A DNA stretch of 64,000 nt from positions 344,491-408,490 of the forward strand of contig CAVSGZ010000013.1 in the NCBI GenBank assembly GCA_963727765.1. The letters run 5' to 3'. The translations under genes and the position numbers were made by a program. The notes under the pieces were generated by a model. That model saw nothing but the letters and a program-made list of their open reading frames with translations. It was not told where the DNA came from and ran no database searches. The DNA comes from an uncultured Acidobacteriota bacterium (lineage in GTDB: Bacteria; Acidobacteriota; Vicinamibacteria; Vicinamibacterales; Fen-181). This document shows, one piece after another, positions 38,682-47,333 of the stretch (the stretch's first letter is position 1; each line of letters opens with the position of its first letter).

Positions 38682-39881
38682 TCAAATCGTCGGCCGGTCG
38701 TGGCACGTATCGATCAGTTCGCGCTTCACGAGGTCCTTGCTGCCGATCACGGTGAAGAACTCCTCCAGGTACTCCGCGGCCTTGCGCCGCTCGGCGTCGT
38801 CGAGCCCGGGGATGGAACTGACGAGCGTCAGCATCTCGGCTCGCTTCGCACGGAAGGCGGCCAGCGTCGGCTCGAATTCCTCCGGGCTGCGGCAGGGCCC
38901 GAGGTAGGACCGCGTCCGGACCTCCGCGATCTTCTTTCTCACCTGCGGGATGGGGATCGCGTACTGGGGGTCGACCAGCCCGGTGACGTCGAAATCCCAC
39001 GTGATCGGATAGCGCACCTTCGCGGCCGTCTGCACCAGGCGGACGTTGTGCATCGCGGAGATCGAATAGTCGGGATTGCCGATCATGTACTGGAAGACCG
39101 TCATCAGCGTGAGCGACTCCTGGTCGAAGTCCTTGAACGCCAGCCCGGTCATCGCCACCGCGCGCCCTTCCATCCGCCGCGCCACGTCGTCGTCGTCCTC
39201 GATGAACACGGCGTTGTGCGTGGACAGCGTCCGGCCGCTGTTCGAGTCGACGTACGTGGCTTGCGCGAGCCGCACGCGGAACGACCGCGGAGTCATCAGG
39301 TTGTAGAGGCGATAGGCCAGGTACTCGAGCAGCACGAGCTGGTCGGACGTCTGGTTCTCGTTGCAGTGCGCCACGAGCTTCAGCTTGCTCTGCCCGTCGA
39401 ACACCGTGCGTGTCGCGCCCTGCTTGACGAACTCGATGCTGAGCGGCGCGAACGCACACACATCCGATCGTCGCCTGATGCTCCCGCGCGTGCGCAGGTT
39501 CACGTGGAGCGGGACGGCGGGGACGGAGCCCTCCTGGCCCTTGACGGTGAGCACGGCGGGGAAGGTCTTGGTGCTGGCGTAATCCCGATCCCGGTTCACC
39601 GCCTTGAAGTCGGCCGCGAGGGTGAAGGCGAGCGGCTCCACGTCCTGGAACAGCCGGCGCGCCTCCGCGTCCTTGCGGCGTTCAGCCAGCGTTGCGGCAT
39701 CGGGCCACGGCTCGGCCAGCTTGGCGGCCGCCGGCTTCTTCGGCTTCTGGGTCTGGCCGGGTTTCGCCTGCGAACCATGCGCCACGCCGGCCGTGCCGAG
39801 AGCGGGCACCGTGCGAAGCACGGGGGAGGGCAGCAGCATCAGGAGCGCACCGGCCATCGGTGCCACGCGCGGAGGGAGCAT
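38682..39881 (-). CDS. exported protein of unknown function
   Basis: From ORF 38682..39980, with the start moved to ATG 39881 (AGGAGG 6 nt upstream). Has the signal-like N-terminus MLPPRVAPMAGALLMLLPSPVL, a Lys/Pro/Ala linker and a globular domain with coding-like composition (..LLEYLAYRLYNLMT..FIEDDDDVARRMEG..FQYMIGNPDYS..). I do not recognise a family. Confidence 0.6.
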   Translation of the reverse strand: MLPPRVAPMAGALLMLLPSPVLRTVPALGTAGVAHGSQAKPGQTQKPKKPAAAKLAEPWPDAATLAERRKDAEARRLFQDVEPLAFTLAADFKAVNRDRDYASTKTFPAVLTVKGQEGSVPAVPLHVNLRTRGSIRRRSDVCAFAPLSIEFVKQGATRTVFDGQSKLKLVAHCNENQTSDQLVLLEYLAYRLYNLMTPRSFRVRLAQATYVDSNSGRTLSTHNAVFIEDDDDVARRMEGRAVAMTGLAFKDFDQESLTLMTVFQYMIGNPDYSISAMHNVRLVQTAAKVRYPITWDFDVTGLVDPQYAIPIPQVRKKIAEVRTRSYLGPCRSPEEFEPTLAAFRAKRAEMLTLVSSIPGLDDAERRKAAEYLEEFFTVIGSKDLVKRELIDTCHDRPTI

Positions 39882-40045
39882 CACAACCTCCTGGCCAGGG
39901 GGGAATCCGCTCCAGTATCCACAGGCGCCGCCGCTCGTCAAGCCAACCAGCCGGGTTCGCCCGCTCGCTTGACTCGCCATCGGGCGCCACCTACGATGGC
40001 GACGGGTTCACATCGGCATGGTCCACAACGTCGGCGAAGGGCCAC

Positions 40046-41389
40046 ATGGCGAGATCTCATCGATTGGCACGGCAAGCGCTTTCGGCGTATCTCGCCGTCG
40101 CGCTTCTGCTGACCCCGGCCGCGCAAAATCGGACTCCGGCCCGGGTGGTCGCGGTCGCGGACGTGCACGGCGCCTACCAGCAGTTGGTAGCCCTGCTGCA
40201 GCGCGCCCGGCTGATCGACGCCCGCCTTCGGTGGATCGGCGGTCCGGCGTCACTGGTGCAAATTGGCGACGTCCTCGACCGGGGGGCGCGATCGCGCGAG
40301 TGCCTCGATCTCCTGATGGCGCTCGAACGCCAGGCCCCGAGAGCGGGCGGCAAGGTGATACCCCTTCTCGGGAACCACGAAGTCATGAACGTGATGGGCG
40401 AGCTCCAATACGTCACCCCGGCCATCTACCGGAGCTTCGCCACCGGCAGCTCGGAGAAGCGGCGCCAGCAGGCCTACCGGGACTACCTGAAGTTCCTCGC
40501 CGCGCACGCCGGCCACGGCCACGCGGCGGTCCCGCCCGGCGACGACGTGGAGCGCGCGAAATGGATGGACGAGCATCCCCCGGGCTTCGTCGAGCACCGC
40601 GACGCATTCGGGCCCAACGGCAAGTACGGCCGCTGGCTTCGCACGCACCATACGGTCGTGCAGATTGGCGATGGCGTATTCGTTCACGGCGGCCTGGACC
40701 CGACGTTCGAGATTCCCGGGATCCGTCAACTGGACGAACGGGTGACCGCCGAACTGGCCGTGTTCGACTCGATCTGGCAGGCGCTCGTCGACGGGAAAGT
40801 GATCTGGCGCTATATGACGCTGCCCGAGGCGGTGAAATTCGTGGGCGAGGAGTCGGCGTGGTTGCAGGCCCGTGGCCTAGCGGCGGCGCCCGGTGTGGGC
40901 GTCGCGATGCAGCGACTGCTCGACCTCGAGAGCTGGATGGTGGCGGCCTCCCCCGACGGCCCCCTGCGGTACCGCGGATTGGCCGAGGCGCCGGAAGACA
41001 CGCTCATCGACGCCGTGACGGCGATGCTGGCGCGCCTGCACGTCCGGTACATGGTGGTCGGTCACACGCCTCAGCCGAACGCGGAGATAGTCCCTCGTTT
41101 CGGCAGCCGCGTCTTCCTGCTCGATACCGGGATGCTCCCGGAGGTGTACCAGGGGCGCGCGACCGCGCTGGAGATTCAGAACGGACGGTTTACCGCCCTG
41201 TCCGCTGACAGGGACCCGGTCGAACTCCCTGCGCCCCCGACCGCGACGAGCGCATCGCCGGTTGTGCGGCAGCCCGGAACGCTGTCCTTGACTCACCTGC
41301 TTCGTTCCCGTTTCGAACTCAATGTGAATAGCGGCCCGCTTTCAGTGCCATTCCTGTTTCTTTCTGGGATCCCCCGCACTAGACAATAG
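40046..41389 (+). CDS. calcineurin-like metallophosphoesterase, secreted
   Basis: Internal ATG at 40046 of ORF 39692..41389. Carries the motifs VAVADVHG, QIGDVLDRG, LLGNHE, VFVHGG and VVGHTP. Confidence 0.8.
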   Translation: MARSHRLARQALSAYLAVALLLTPAAQNRTPARVVAVADVHGAYQQLVALLQRARLIDARLRWIGGPASLVQIGDVLDRGARSRECLDLLMALERQAPRAGGKVIPLLGNHEVMNVMGELQYVTPAIYRSFATGSSEKRRQQAYRDYLKFLAAHAGHGHAAVPPGDDVERAKWMDEHPPGFVEHRDAFGPNGKYGRWLRTHHTVVQIGDGVFVHGGLDPTFEIPGIRQLDERVTAELAVFDSIWQALVDGKVIWRYMTLPEAVKFVGEESAWLQARGLAAAPGVGVAMQRLLDLESWMVAASPDGPLRYRGLAEAPEDTLIDAVTAMLARLHVRYMVVGHTPQPNAEIVPRFGSRVFLLDTGMLPEVYQGRATALEIQNGRFTALSADRDPVELPAPPTATSASPVVRQPGTLSLTHLLRSRFELNVNSGPLSVPFLFLSGIPRTRQ

Positions 41390-41439
41390 ACAGCATTCGC
41401 GGTCTCTGGCGGCCAGCAGGGTCCGGCCTGTGAACCTCA

Positions 41440-41594
41440 GCCCGTTCTCAGACGCTGGCTCCCGGGATTCGCGGCCCTTCGACGCGCTCAGGTCCGCCCC
41501 GAGCAACGTCGCCCTTCGAGGGCCTCAGGGCGACCCTGAGCTTGTCGAAGGGTCGAGGGGCGGCGGCGCCAGCCGCTGCGCCACTCTGACACAG
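41440..41594 (+). repeat. 155-bp structured intergenic repeat, copy 1
   Basis: About 95 percent identical to 42272..42426 (roughly 8 mismatches by hand alignment). It contains the imperfect inverted repeat CCCTTCGACGCGCTCAGG .. CCTGAGCTTGTCGAAGGG and the inner stem GTCGCCC..GGGCGAC. Confidence 0.85.
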
Positions 41595-41615
41595 TCGCGC
41601 GGTATAATCGCGTCG

Positions 41616-41813
41616 ATGAAACGGCGTGCACAGTCTCATCGTGCAGCGCGACCAGCGCGAAGCGTGGCCGCGCGCCTCAGGGAGGCGGAACGCCTGTTCG
41701 CGGATTTCAGGGCGCTCACGCCGCACCGGTTCCGGCCGTTCACGCGGTCGTTCGCCTCCTTCGCTCAGTACCAGCGGTGGAAACGTGCCCAAACCAACCC
41801 CTGGTACAGATAA
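41616..41813 (+). CDS. small basic protein, partner of the downstream nucleotidyltransferase-fold gene
   Basis: Internal ATG of ORF 41430..41813, with TATAAT at 41603..41608. The 65-aa product is MKRRAQSHRAARP..RFRPFTRSFASFAQYQRWKRAQTNPWYR. Its stop lies 4 nt before the GTG of the next gene. Confidence 0.4.
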   Translation: MKRRAQSHRAARPARSVAARLREAERLFADFRALTPHRFRPFTRSFASFAQYQRWKRAQTNPWYR

Positions 41814-41817
41814 TCGC

Positions 41818-42249
41818 GTGCTCCGCGTGTGCCGGCTGCTCAACCGGCACAGGGCTCGCTACCTGCTGGCGGGAGGCGTTGCGGCCAACCTGCACGGGTC
41901 GGTGCGTGCGACCAAGGACGTCGACATCCTGGTGCCGCGAGAAGGCGCGAACATGGCGCGGGTGCTGGCAGCGCTCGGCGAACTCCCGTACGGCATCGCG
42001 CGCGAACTGGACGCGTCCGCGATCTCGAACAACCCCATCACCATTGTCGGGGACGATCCGCGCGTTGACATTCTGACGATCGCCTGGACGGTCACATTCG
42101 AGCACGCCTGGGGTTCGCGCGTCGTGCGGCGCATCGAAGGCGTCCGCGTCCCGTATCTCGGGCGCGACGACCTCATTGCCTCGAAACAGACAGGCCGTCC
42201 CGCCGACCAGGCCGACATCGAGGTCCTGACGAGTCTCCGCCAACGGTAG
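41818..42249 (+). CDS. nucleotidyltransferase-fold protein (MNT/DUF6036-like)
   Basis: GTG at 41818 within ORF 41626..42249. VLRVCRLLNRHRARYLLAGGVAANLHGSVRATKDVDILV fits the GG..hG..R.T.DvDi pattern of minimal nucleotidyltransferases. The C-terminal end reads LGRDDLIASKQTGRPADQADIEVL. Confidence 0.6.
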   Translation: MLRVCRLLNRHRARYLLAGGVAANLHGSVRATKDVDILVPREGANMARVLAALGELPYGIARELDASAISNNPITIVGDDPRVDILTIAWTVTFEHAWGSRVVRRIEGVRVPYLGRDDLIASKQTGRPADQADIEVLTSLRQR

Positions 42250-42271
42250 GGTGTCGGGCACGGTATTGAGC

Positions 42272-42426
42272 GCCCGTTCTCAGACGCTCGCGACCGGGTT
42301 TCGCGGCCCTTCGACGCGCTCAGGTCCGCCCCGAGCAACGTCGCCCTTCGAGGGCCTCAGGGCGACCCTGAGCTTGTTGAAGGGTCGAGGGGCGGCGGCG
42401 CCAGCCGCCGCCCCACTCTGATACAG
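42272..42426 (+). repeat. 155-bp structured intergenic repeat, copy 2
   Basis: A direct repeat of 41440..41594. Together the two copies bracket the two-gene nucleotidyltransferase module. Confidence 0.85.
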
Positions 42427-42691
42427 CGGCGATCGCGAAACGCCTCGATTGGCGGCTGCGCTTGGAATGCACCGAGTATCGCCCGTTATCGGCCCCGCTC
42501 GCGATGCCGATTAGCCGGCTTTCGGTGTTTGGCGCTCGCGAGCCAGGCGTCTCGCGCCAGAGCAGGTCGTGTCTGGATGCAGGCCATCCCTTCAGGGGCA
42601 GCGCTCTCGGCGGAGTTCTATGCCGGGGTCGCTCGTGGTGTGCCTGAGAAGATCACCCCTCGTGATCCTGCGCAAGAGGGAAGATACTCGC

Positions 42692-43522
42692 TCAGACGTG
42701 TGATTTGTCCACGGGCTCCATGGCTTTTCTGACTACGCTCCCTAGGTCGAGCACGTCGATCGGGCTCTCTTTCCAATCGTGCACCCAGCAGACAATCAAA
42801 TCGCACTTCGCGGGATCATGCTTGTGCTTGAGGAAGTTGGAGCTCTTGAACTCGAATTCAACCGCGATCTTCCTCCACAGCCGACGCTTCTTGTCGTAGG
42901 CCTTGGCTTCGCAATCTGGAAAGCCGGCACCAATCGCCTCGACGACGAAGCCCAGTTCCTTTGCAATCATCCCGAACAGGAAGACGACACCGAGTTCGTT
43001 CAATGGGGCGTGCTGCATCCCGCGGAAGTTGATCAAGTCGCCGTAGCATCGCGCGCCCTCGCGGGCGGGCCGAATGCTCATCCCCTGAGGCGCCGTCACT
43101 CCAATCGGCGCGGCACCATCGGTTCTCTCCGGTTCGCCGCCATCGGCTGACTTGATGAAACGCTCTAAGGCCCTGGCGTGCCCGCCAAACCGCTTCTTGA
43201 GTAGTGCGCTGCTGACGGTCGAGAGTTCGTCGAACTCCTCCCTAGAGGGACTGTGCCCCAGCAGTGTCCATACTCGCCCGATCTCAGCGAGGATCTCGTC
43301 GTCAGGGATGTCCATTCGCTTCGACACATGCAAGCCGGCCTTCTTGAGTGCGTTGTTCCATGTTCCGAAGCGCTTCTTTATAAGCGAGACGGATATCAAA
43401 GCGTGCTCGGCGAACTCCGCTTGCGTGAGGCTGTCCTGCCCGAGCCTCGCGGCGACGCGCCGCAACTCCTCCAGCAGGGATTCGTCCGAACGCTCTGCGA
43501 GAAAGTCCCGTTGGAATCCCAA
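42692..43522 (-). CDS. HEAR-repeat (homing-endonuclease-associated repeat) protein with C-terminal PD-(D/E)xK nuclease-like domain
   Basis: ORF 42692..43522, where the only start is a TTG and the true N-terminus is uncertain. Has two repeats, SLTQAEFAEHALISVSLIKKRFGTWNNALKKAGL and SPSREEFDELSTVSSALLKKRFGGHARALERF. The C-terminal part GFPDCEA..KIAVEFEFKSSNF..CDLIVCWVHDW fits the PD..ExK pattern. The region is visibly lower in GC than its neighbours. Confidence 0.6.
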   Translation of the reverse strand: MGFQRDFLAERSDESLLEELRRVAARLGQDSLTQAEFAEHALISVSLIKKRFGTWNNALKKAGLHVSKRMDIPDDEILAEIGRVWTLLGHSPSREEFDELSTVSSALLKKRFGGHARALERFIKSADGGEPERTDGAAPIGVTAPQGMSIRPAREGARCYGDLINFRGMQHAPLNELGVVFLFGMIAKELGFVVEAIGAGFPDCEAKAYDKKRRLWRKIAVEFEFKSSNFLKHKHDPAKCDLIVCWVHDWKESPIDVLDLGSVVRKAMEPVDKSHV

Positions 43523-43626
43523 GTTCCCTCCAATGCCTGCTGATCCGGACGGGGTTGTCGTTCTCGGCGGCTTATGATCGCGCGAGGGACACCCAGATGC
43601 AAGCGCACGTCAGGCTGGATTGCGGC

Positions 43627-43686
43627 GTTCTCGGCCGCTGGCGACCGGGACTGGCGGCGGCGCCAGCCGCCGCGCCACTCTGACAG
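43627..43686 (+). repeat. truncated copy of the 155-bp repeat (termini only)
   Basis: GTTCTCGGCCGCTGGCGACCGGGA matches the repeat start and GGCGGCGGCGCCAGCCGCCGCGCCACTCTGACAG matches its end. The central hairpin module is missing. Confidence 0.6.
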
Positions 43687-43739
43687 ATCACGCTCTGACC
43701 GCGACGGCGAGGCGGGTATGAATCCGACCCCTGACCATG

Positions 43740-44522
43740 TCAGAGCGTGATGGTGCCGGTCAGGTACGGTACCGCCCGCCCGGCGATCTCCACGCGGTCG
43801 CCCGCCATGCGGCAGCGCAGGCGTCCCTGCCGCTTCGATAACTGCATCGCCGAGAGGACCGCCTTCCCGAGCCTCGCGGACCAGTAAGGCGTCAGCTTGG
43901 TGTGCGCCGAGCCGGTCACCGGGTCTTCCGGAACCCCGACCCGCGGCGCGAAGAACCGCGAAACGAAGTCGACCTCGCGCCCGGGCGCGGTCACGATGAC
44001 GGCGCGGCCGGGGATGGCGCCGAGCGCCGCAATGTCCGGCGTGAGCGCCGCGACGTCCTCTTCGGCCCCGTAGACCGCCATGTAGTCGGTCTTCCCCAGC
44101 CAGACCTCGACCGGATCGCGGCCGAGCGCGGCGGCGAGTCCCGCCGGCGGCTCCACCTTCACCGGCCGTTCGGCCGGGAAGTCCAGCACGAGAAGATCGC
44201 CCTCGCGCCTCACTCTCAGGGGTCCGCTCTTCGACTCGAACTCGATCACCTCGCCCGGGTAACGGTCGTAGTTGAAGACGACGTACGAGCTCGCCAGCGT
44301 CGCGTGCCCGCACAGGGCGACCTCGACGGCGGGCGTGAACCACCGGATGTGGAAGCCGCTCCCGGTCCGAACGTAGAACGCGGTCTCCGAGAGGTTGTTC
44401 TCGGCCGCGATCTTCTGCATCGTCTCGTCGGGCAGCCACGCCTCGAGCGGACAGACGGCGGCAGGATTGCCGCTGAACAGGTGATCGGCAAAGGCATCGA
44501 TTTGATAAAGACGAAGGTCCAT
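43740..44522 (-). CDS. PhzF family isomerase-like protein
   Basis: ORF 43740..44522. Carries YQIDAFADHLFSGNPAAV, NLSETAF and CGHATLAS. Its start overlaps the SDR stop (TAATG). Confidence 0.9.
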   Translation of the reverse strand: MDLRLYQIDAFADHLFSGNPAAVCPLEAWLPDETMQKIAAENNLSETAFYVRTGSGFHIRWFTPAVEVALCGHATLASSYVVFNYDRYPGEVIEFESKSGPLRVRREGDLLVLDFPAERPVKVEPPAGLAAALGRDPVEVWLGKTDYMAVYGAEEDVAALTPDIAALGAIPGRAVIVTAPGREVDFVSRFFAPRVGVPEDPVTGSAHTKLTPYWSARLGKAVLSAMQLSKRQGRLRCRMAGDRVEIAGRAVPYLTGTITL

Positions 44523-45268
44523 TACGCGTCCTCCCCAACCGACCCGTAGTAATCCGCCACGCGCTGCCGCGATCCCCGGCGCGTGTAGACGTCCGGGCGA
44601 CGGGATTCAATCACATCGGCGATGATTTCTGCCACTTCTCCAGGGGTCTGCGCGTCGGGAATCGTGCGCGAGTCGGGCCCGCCGTGGCGCGCGTTCTTCC
44701 CGAAGTCGGTGTGGACCACGCCCGGCGAGACGATCGAGAACTGGATGCCGGGATGCGACTGCTGCACCTCGGCGCGGAAGTTGGCGGTCAGGGCGTTGAG
44801 GTAGTGCTTGGCCGCGCTGTACGCCGCACGGCCGACGAGATAAGGAACCCGCCCGAGCATCGAGGACACGTTGATGACGTGCCCCGTGCCGCGCGCGCGG
44901 AAGTGCGGCAGCACCTCCTGCATCCCATAGAGCGCCGACTTCACGTTGACGCGCATCATCTCGTCGATGTCGTCATCGGTCAGTTGCGAGGGCGGGCGGG
45001 TGATGCCGCGGCCGGCGTTGTTGACGAAGACGTCGATGCGGCCGAACGTGTCGAGCGCCGCCTGCACGAGCCGGCGCACGTCCTCGCGCCTCGTCACGTC
45101 GGCAACCACGGCGTGCGCGCGAGCGCCGCACCGCGAGGCCACGGCGCCCAGTTCCGCCTCTCTCCGCGCAGCGAGCACCAGCGAGGCCCCGCGCTCGGCC
45201 AGCAACTCGGCCAGCGCCGCACCGATTCCGCCGCTTGCGCCCGTGATTACCACGACTTTGTCGGTCAT
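44522..45268 (-). CDS. short-chain dehydrogenase/reductase (SDR)
   Basis: ORF 44522..45268, with GGAAGGAG upstream. Carries VITGASGGIG, VNNAG and YSAAK. Confidence 0.9.
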   Translation of the reverse strand: MTDKVVVITGASGGIGAALAELLAERGASLVLAARREAELGAVASRCGARAHAVVADVTRREDVRRLVQAALDTFGRIDVFVNNAGRGITRPPSQLTDDDIDEMMRVNVKSALYGMQEVLPHFRARGTGHVINVSSMLGRVPYLVGRAAYSAAKHYLNALTANFRAEVQQSHPGIQFSIVSPGVVHTDFGKNARHGGPDSRTIPDAQTPGEVAEIIADVIESRRPDVYTRRGSRQRVADYYGSVGEDA

Positions 45269-45491
45269 CTTGCTCCTTCCGGCTGACGACTTACGCCTTG
45301 CGGCTCACGGCCAGCCCTCGAGAGCCAGGCGCGGACCGGGTCGGCGCAAAGGGCGAATTGCGAGGTCCGCCGAGCTGAGCCCGGAGCGACGAACCGGGCC
45401 ACGACGGGCGTCTCAGTGCTGGCCGCCCCGCTGGCCGCTGTCCCCGATCCCCATTCTCCCATCCCCCGCTTCCTGTAGTAATGTTCCCCGC

Positions 45492-47333
45492 ATGAGAACC
45501 AGATTCTTCGTCCTGTTCGTACTGCTGGTCGGGCTCGGCCTGGCCGTTTCGGCTCAGCGGACCGTGAAGCCCGTGCTTCACGGCCGGCACTGGGTGGCGA
45601 TTACCGGCAAGCCGCTCGGCGCCACCGCCGGCGCGATGATATTCCAGAAGGGCGGCAACGCGGTCGATGCCGCCTGCTCGATGCTCGCGGCGGTCTGCAC
45701 GATGTGGGACACGCTCAGCTGGGGCGGCGAGACGCAGGCGCTCATCTACAACCCGAAGACCGGCAAGGTCATCGCGATCAACGGCCTCGGCGTCGCCCCG
45801 ACCGGCGCGACGCCGGAGTTCTTCCGCAGCAAGGGGATGGCGTACCCGCCCGAGTACGGCCCGCTCGCCGCCGTCACGCCCGGCACGCCGGGCGGGCTGA
45901 TGACGATGCTGGCCGAGTTCGGCACGATGAGCCTGAAGGAGGTGCTCGCGCCGGCCATCCAGATGGCGGACGGTTATCCGATCGAGAAGCAGTTGACCGA
46001 CACCATCGAGCACGACAAGCGGGAGATCAAGAAGTGGCCGCCGTCGGTGGCGGTCTTCCTCACCCACCCGGGCGAGTCGCACGAGGCGCCGCAGCCCGGC
46101 GAGATCTTCAAGCAGGCCGATCTCGCGGCCACGCTCCGCAAACTGGTCGACGCCGAGCAAGCGGCGCTCAAGGCCGGCAAGAGCCGGAAGGCGGCGATCT
46201 ATGCCGCCTACGACCGGTTCTACAAGGGGGACATCGCGCGCGAATTCGTGCGCGGCTCGCACGAGCTCGGCGGCCTGATCACGGAGGCGGACCTCGCCAA
46301 CTGGAAGGTGCACATCGAGGAGCCGGTCGTCACCCGCTACAAGGGGATCGACGTCTACAAGCTGAACACGTGGGTGCAGGGGCCGGTAATGCTGCAGGCG
46401 CTGAACATGCTCGAGCCGATGGATCTCAAGGCCATGGGCTACAACAGCGCCCGCTACATCCACACGCTCTACCAGGTGATGAACCTAACTTATGCCGACC
46501 GCGATTTCTATTACGGCGACCCGTACATGCCGCCCGCGACGCCGATCAGGGGACTGCTGTCGAAGGAGTACGCCAACGAGCGCGCGAAACTGATCAACTG
46601 GGAGAAGAACGACCCCAACGTGAAGCCCGGCGATCCGTACCCGTTCCAGGGCGGGACGAACCCCTACTCGAAGTTCCTGGCCAATTGGCCGCCGCCGCCG
46701 CCCAAGCCGACAGGCGCCGAGGGGAGCCGCACGTTCGAGGAGGGATTCACGGCCGGCACGACATCGATCGAAGCGGCGGACGAGGAGGGCTGGGTGGTGT
46801 CGGTGACGCCGAGCGGCGGCTGGGTCCCGGCCACGATCGCCGGCAAGACCGGCATCGGCATGAGCCAGCGCATGCAGGCGTTCGTCCTCGACGAGGCGAT
46901 GTGCCCGTTTAACGTCGTCACGCCCGGCAAGCGCCCGCGCTCGACGCTCACGCCGGGGCTCGCGCTCAAGGACGGCAAGCCGTATCTGGCGTTTGCCGTG
47001 CAGGGCGGCGACACGCAGGATCAGAACCTGCTCCAGTTCTTCCTGAACATGGTCGAGTTCGGCATGAACGTGCAGCAGGCGACCGAAGCCGCCAACTTCA
47101 ACAGCTACCAGATGCACAGCACGTTCGGCGACCACCGGGCGGAGCCGGGACGCATGACGCTCAACGAGGGAACGCCATCATCGGTGCGGGAGGATCTCGC
47201 CCGGCGAGGATACAGGCTGGACTACTTGAGGCTCACCTCGGGACCGATCAACGCGATCTTCTTCGACCGCCTCCACGGGTCCATGTGGGGCGGGTCGAGC
47301 AACCACGGGGAGGACTACGGCATCGCCTGGTGA
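45492..47333 (+). CDS. ggt: gamma-glutamyltransferase
   Basis: Internal ATG at 45492 of ORF 44946..47333. Has the signal peptide MRTRFFVLFVLLVGLGLAVSAQ, the nucleophile region FTAGTTSIEAADEEGW, and TPGKRPRSTLTP and FAVQGGDTQDQ. Confidence 0.9.
   Translation: MRTRFFVLFVLLVGLGLAVSAQRTVKPVLHGRHWVAITGKPLGATAGAMIFQKGGNAVDAACSMLAAVCTMWDTLSWGGETQALIYNPKTGKVIAINGLGVAPTGATPEFFRSKGMAYPPEYGPLAAVTPGTPGGLMTMLAEFGTMSLKEVLAPAIQMADGYPIEKQLTDTIEHDKREIKKWPPSVAVFLTHPGESHEAPQPGEIFKQADLAATLRKLVDAEQAALKAGKSRKAAIYAAYDRFYKGDIAREFVRGSHELGGLITEADLANWKVHIEEPVVTRYKGIDVYKLNTWVQGPVMLQALNMLEPMDLKAMGYNSARYIHTLYQVMNLTYADRDFYYGDPYMPPATPIRGLLSKEYANERAKLINWEKNDPNVKPGDPYPFQGGTNPYSKFLANWPPPPPKPTGAEGSRTFEEGFTAGTTSIEAADEEGWVVSVTPSGGWVPATIAGKTGIGMSQRMQAFVLDEAMCPFNVVTPGKRPRSTLTPGLALKDGKPYLAFAVQGGDTQDQNLLQFFLNMVEFGMNVQQATEAANFNSYQMHSTFGDHRAEPGRMTLNEGTPSSVREDLARRGYRLDYLRLTSGPINAIFFDRLHGSMWGGSSNHGEDYGIAW

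Noticed and set aside
41430-41615. N-terminal 62 codons of ORF 41430..41813 (..FDALRSAPSNVALRGPQGDPELVEGSRGG..)
   Set aside because: This stretch is the translation of the 155-bp repeat, which recurs at 42272..42426 outside any ORF in that frame. I retained only the distal 65 codons, which have their own -10 box.
44946-45491. 182-codon N-terminal extension of the ggt ORF
   Set aside because: It is antisense to the SDR gene and Ser/Ala/Arg-rich. MRTRFFVLFVLLVGLGLAVSAQ at 45492 is a proper signal peptide start.
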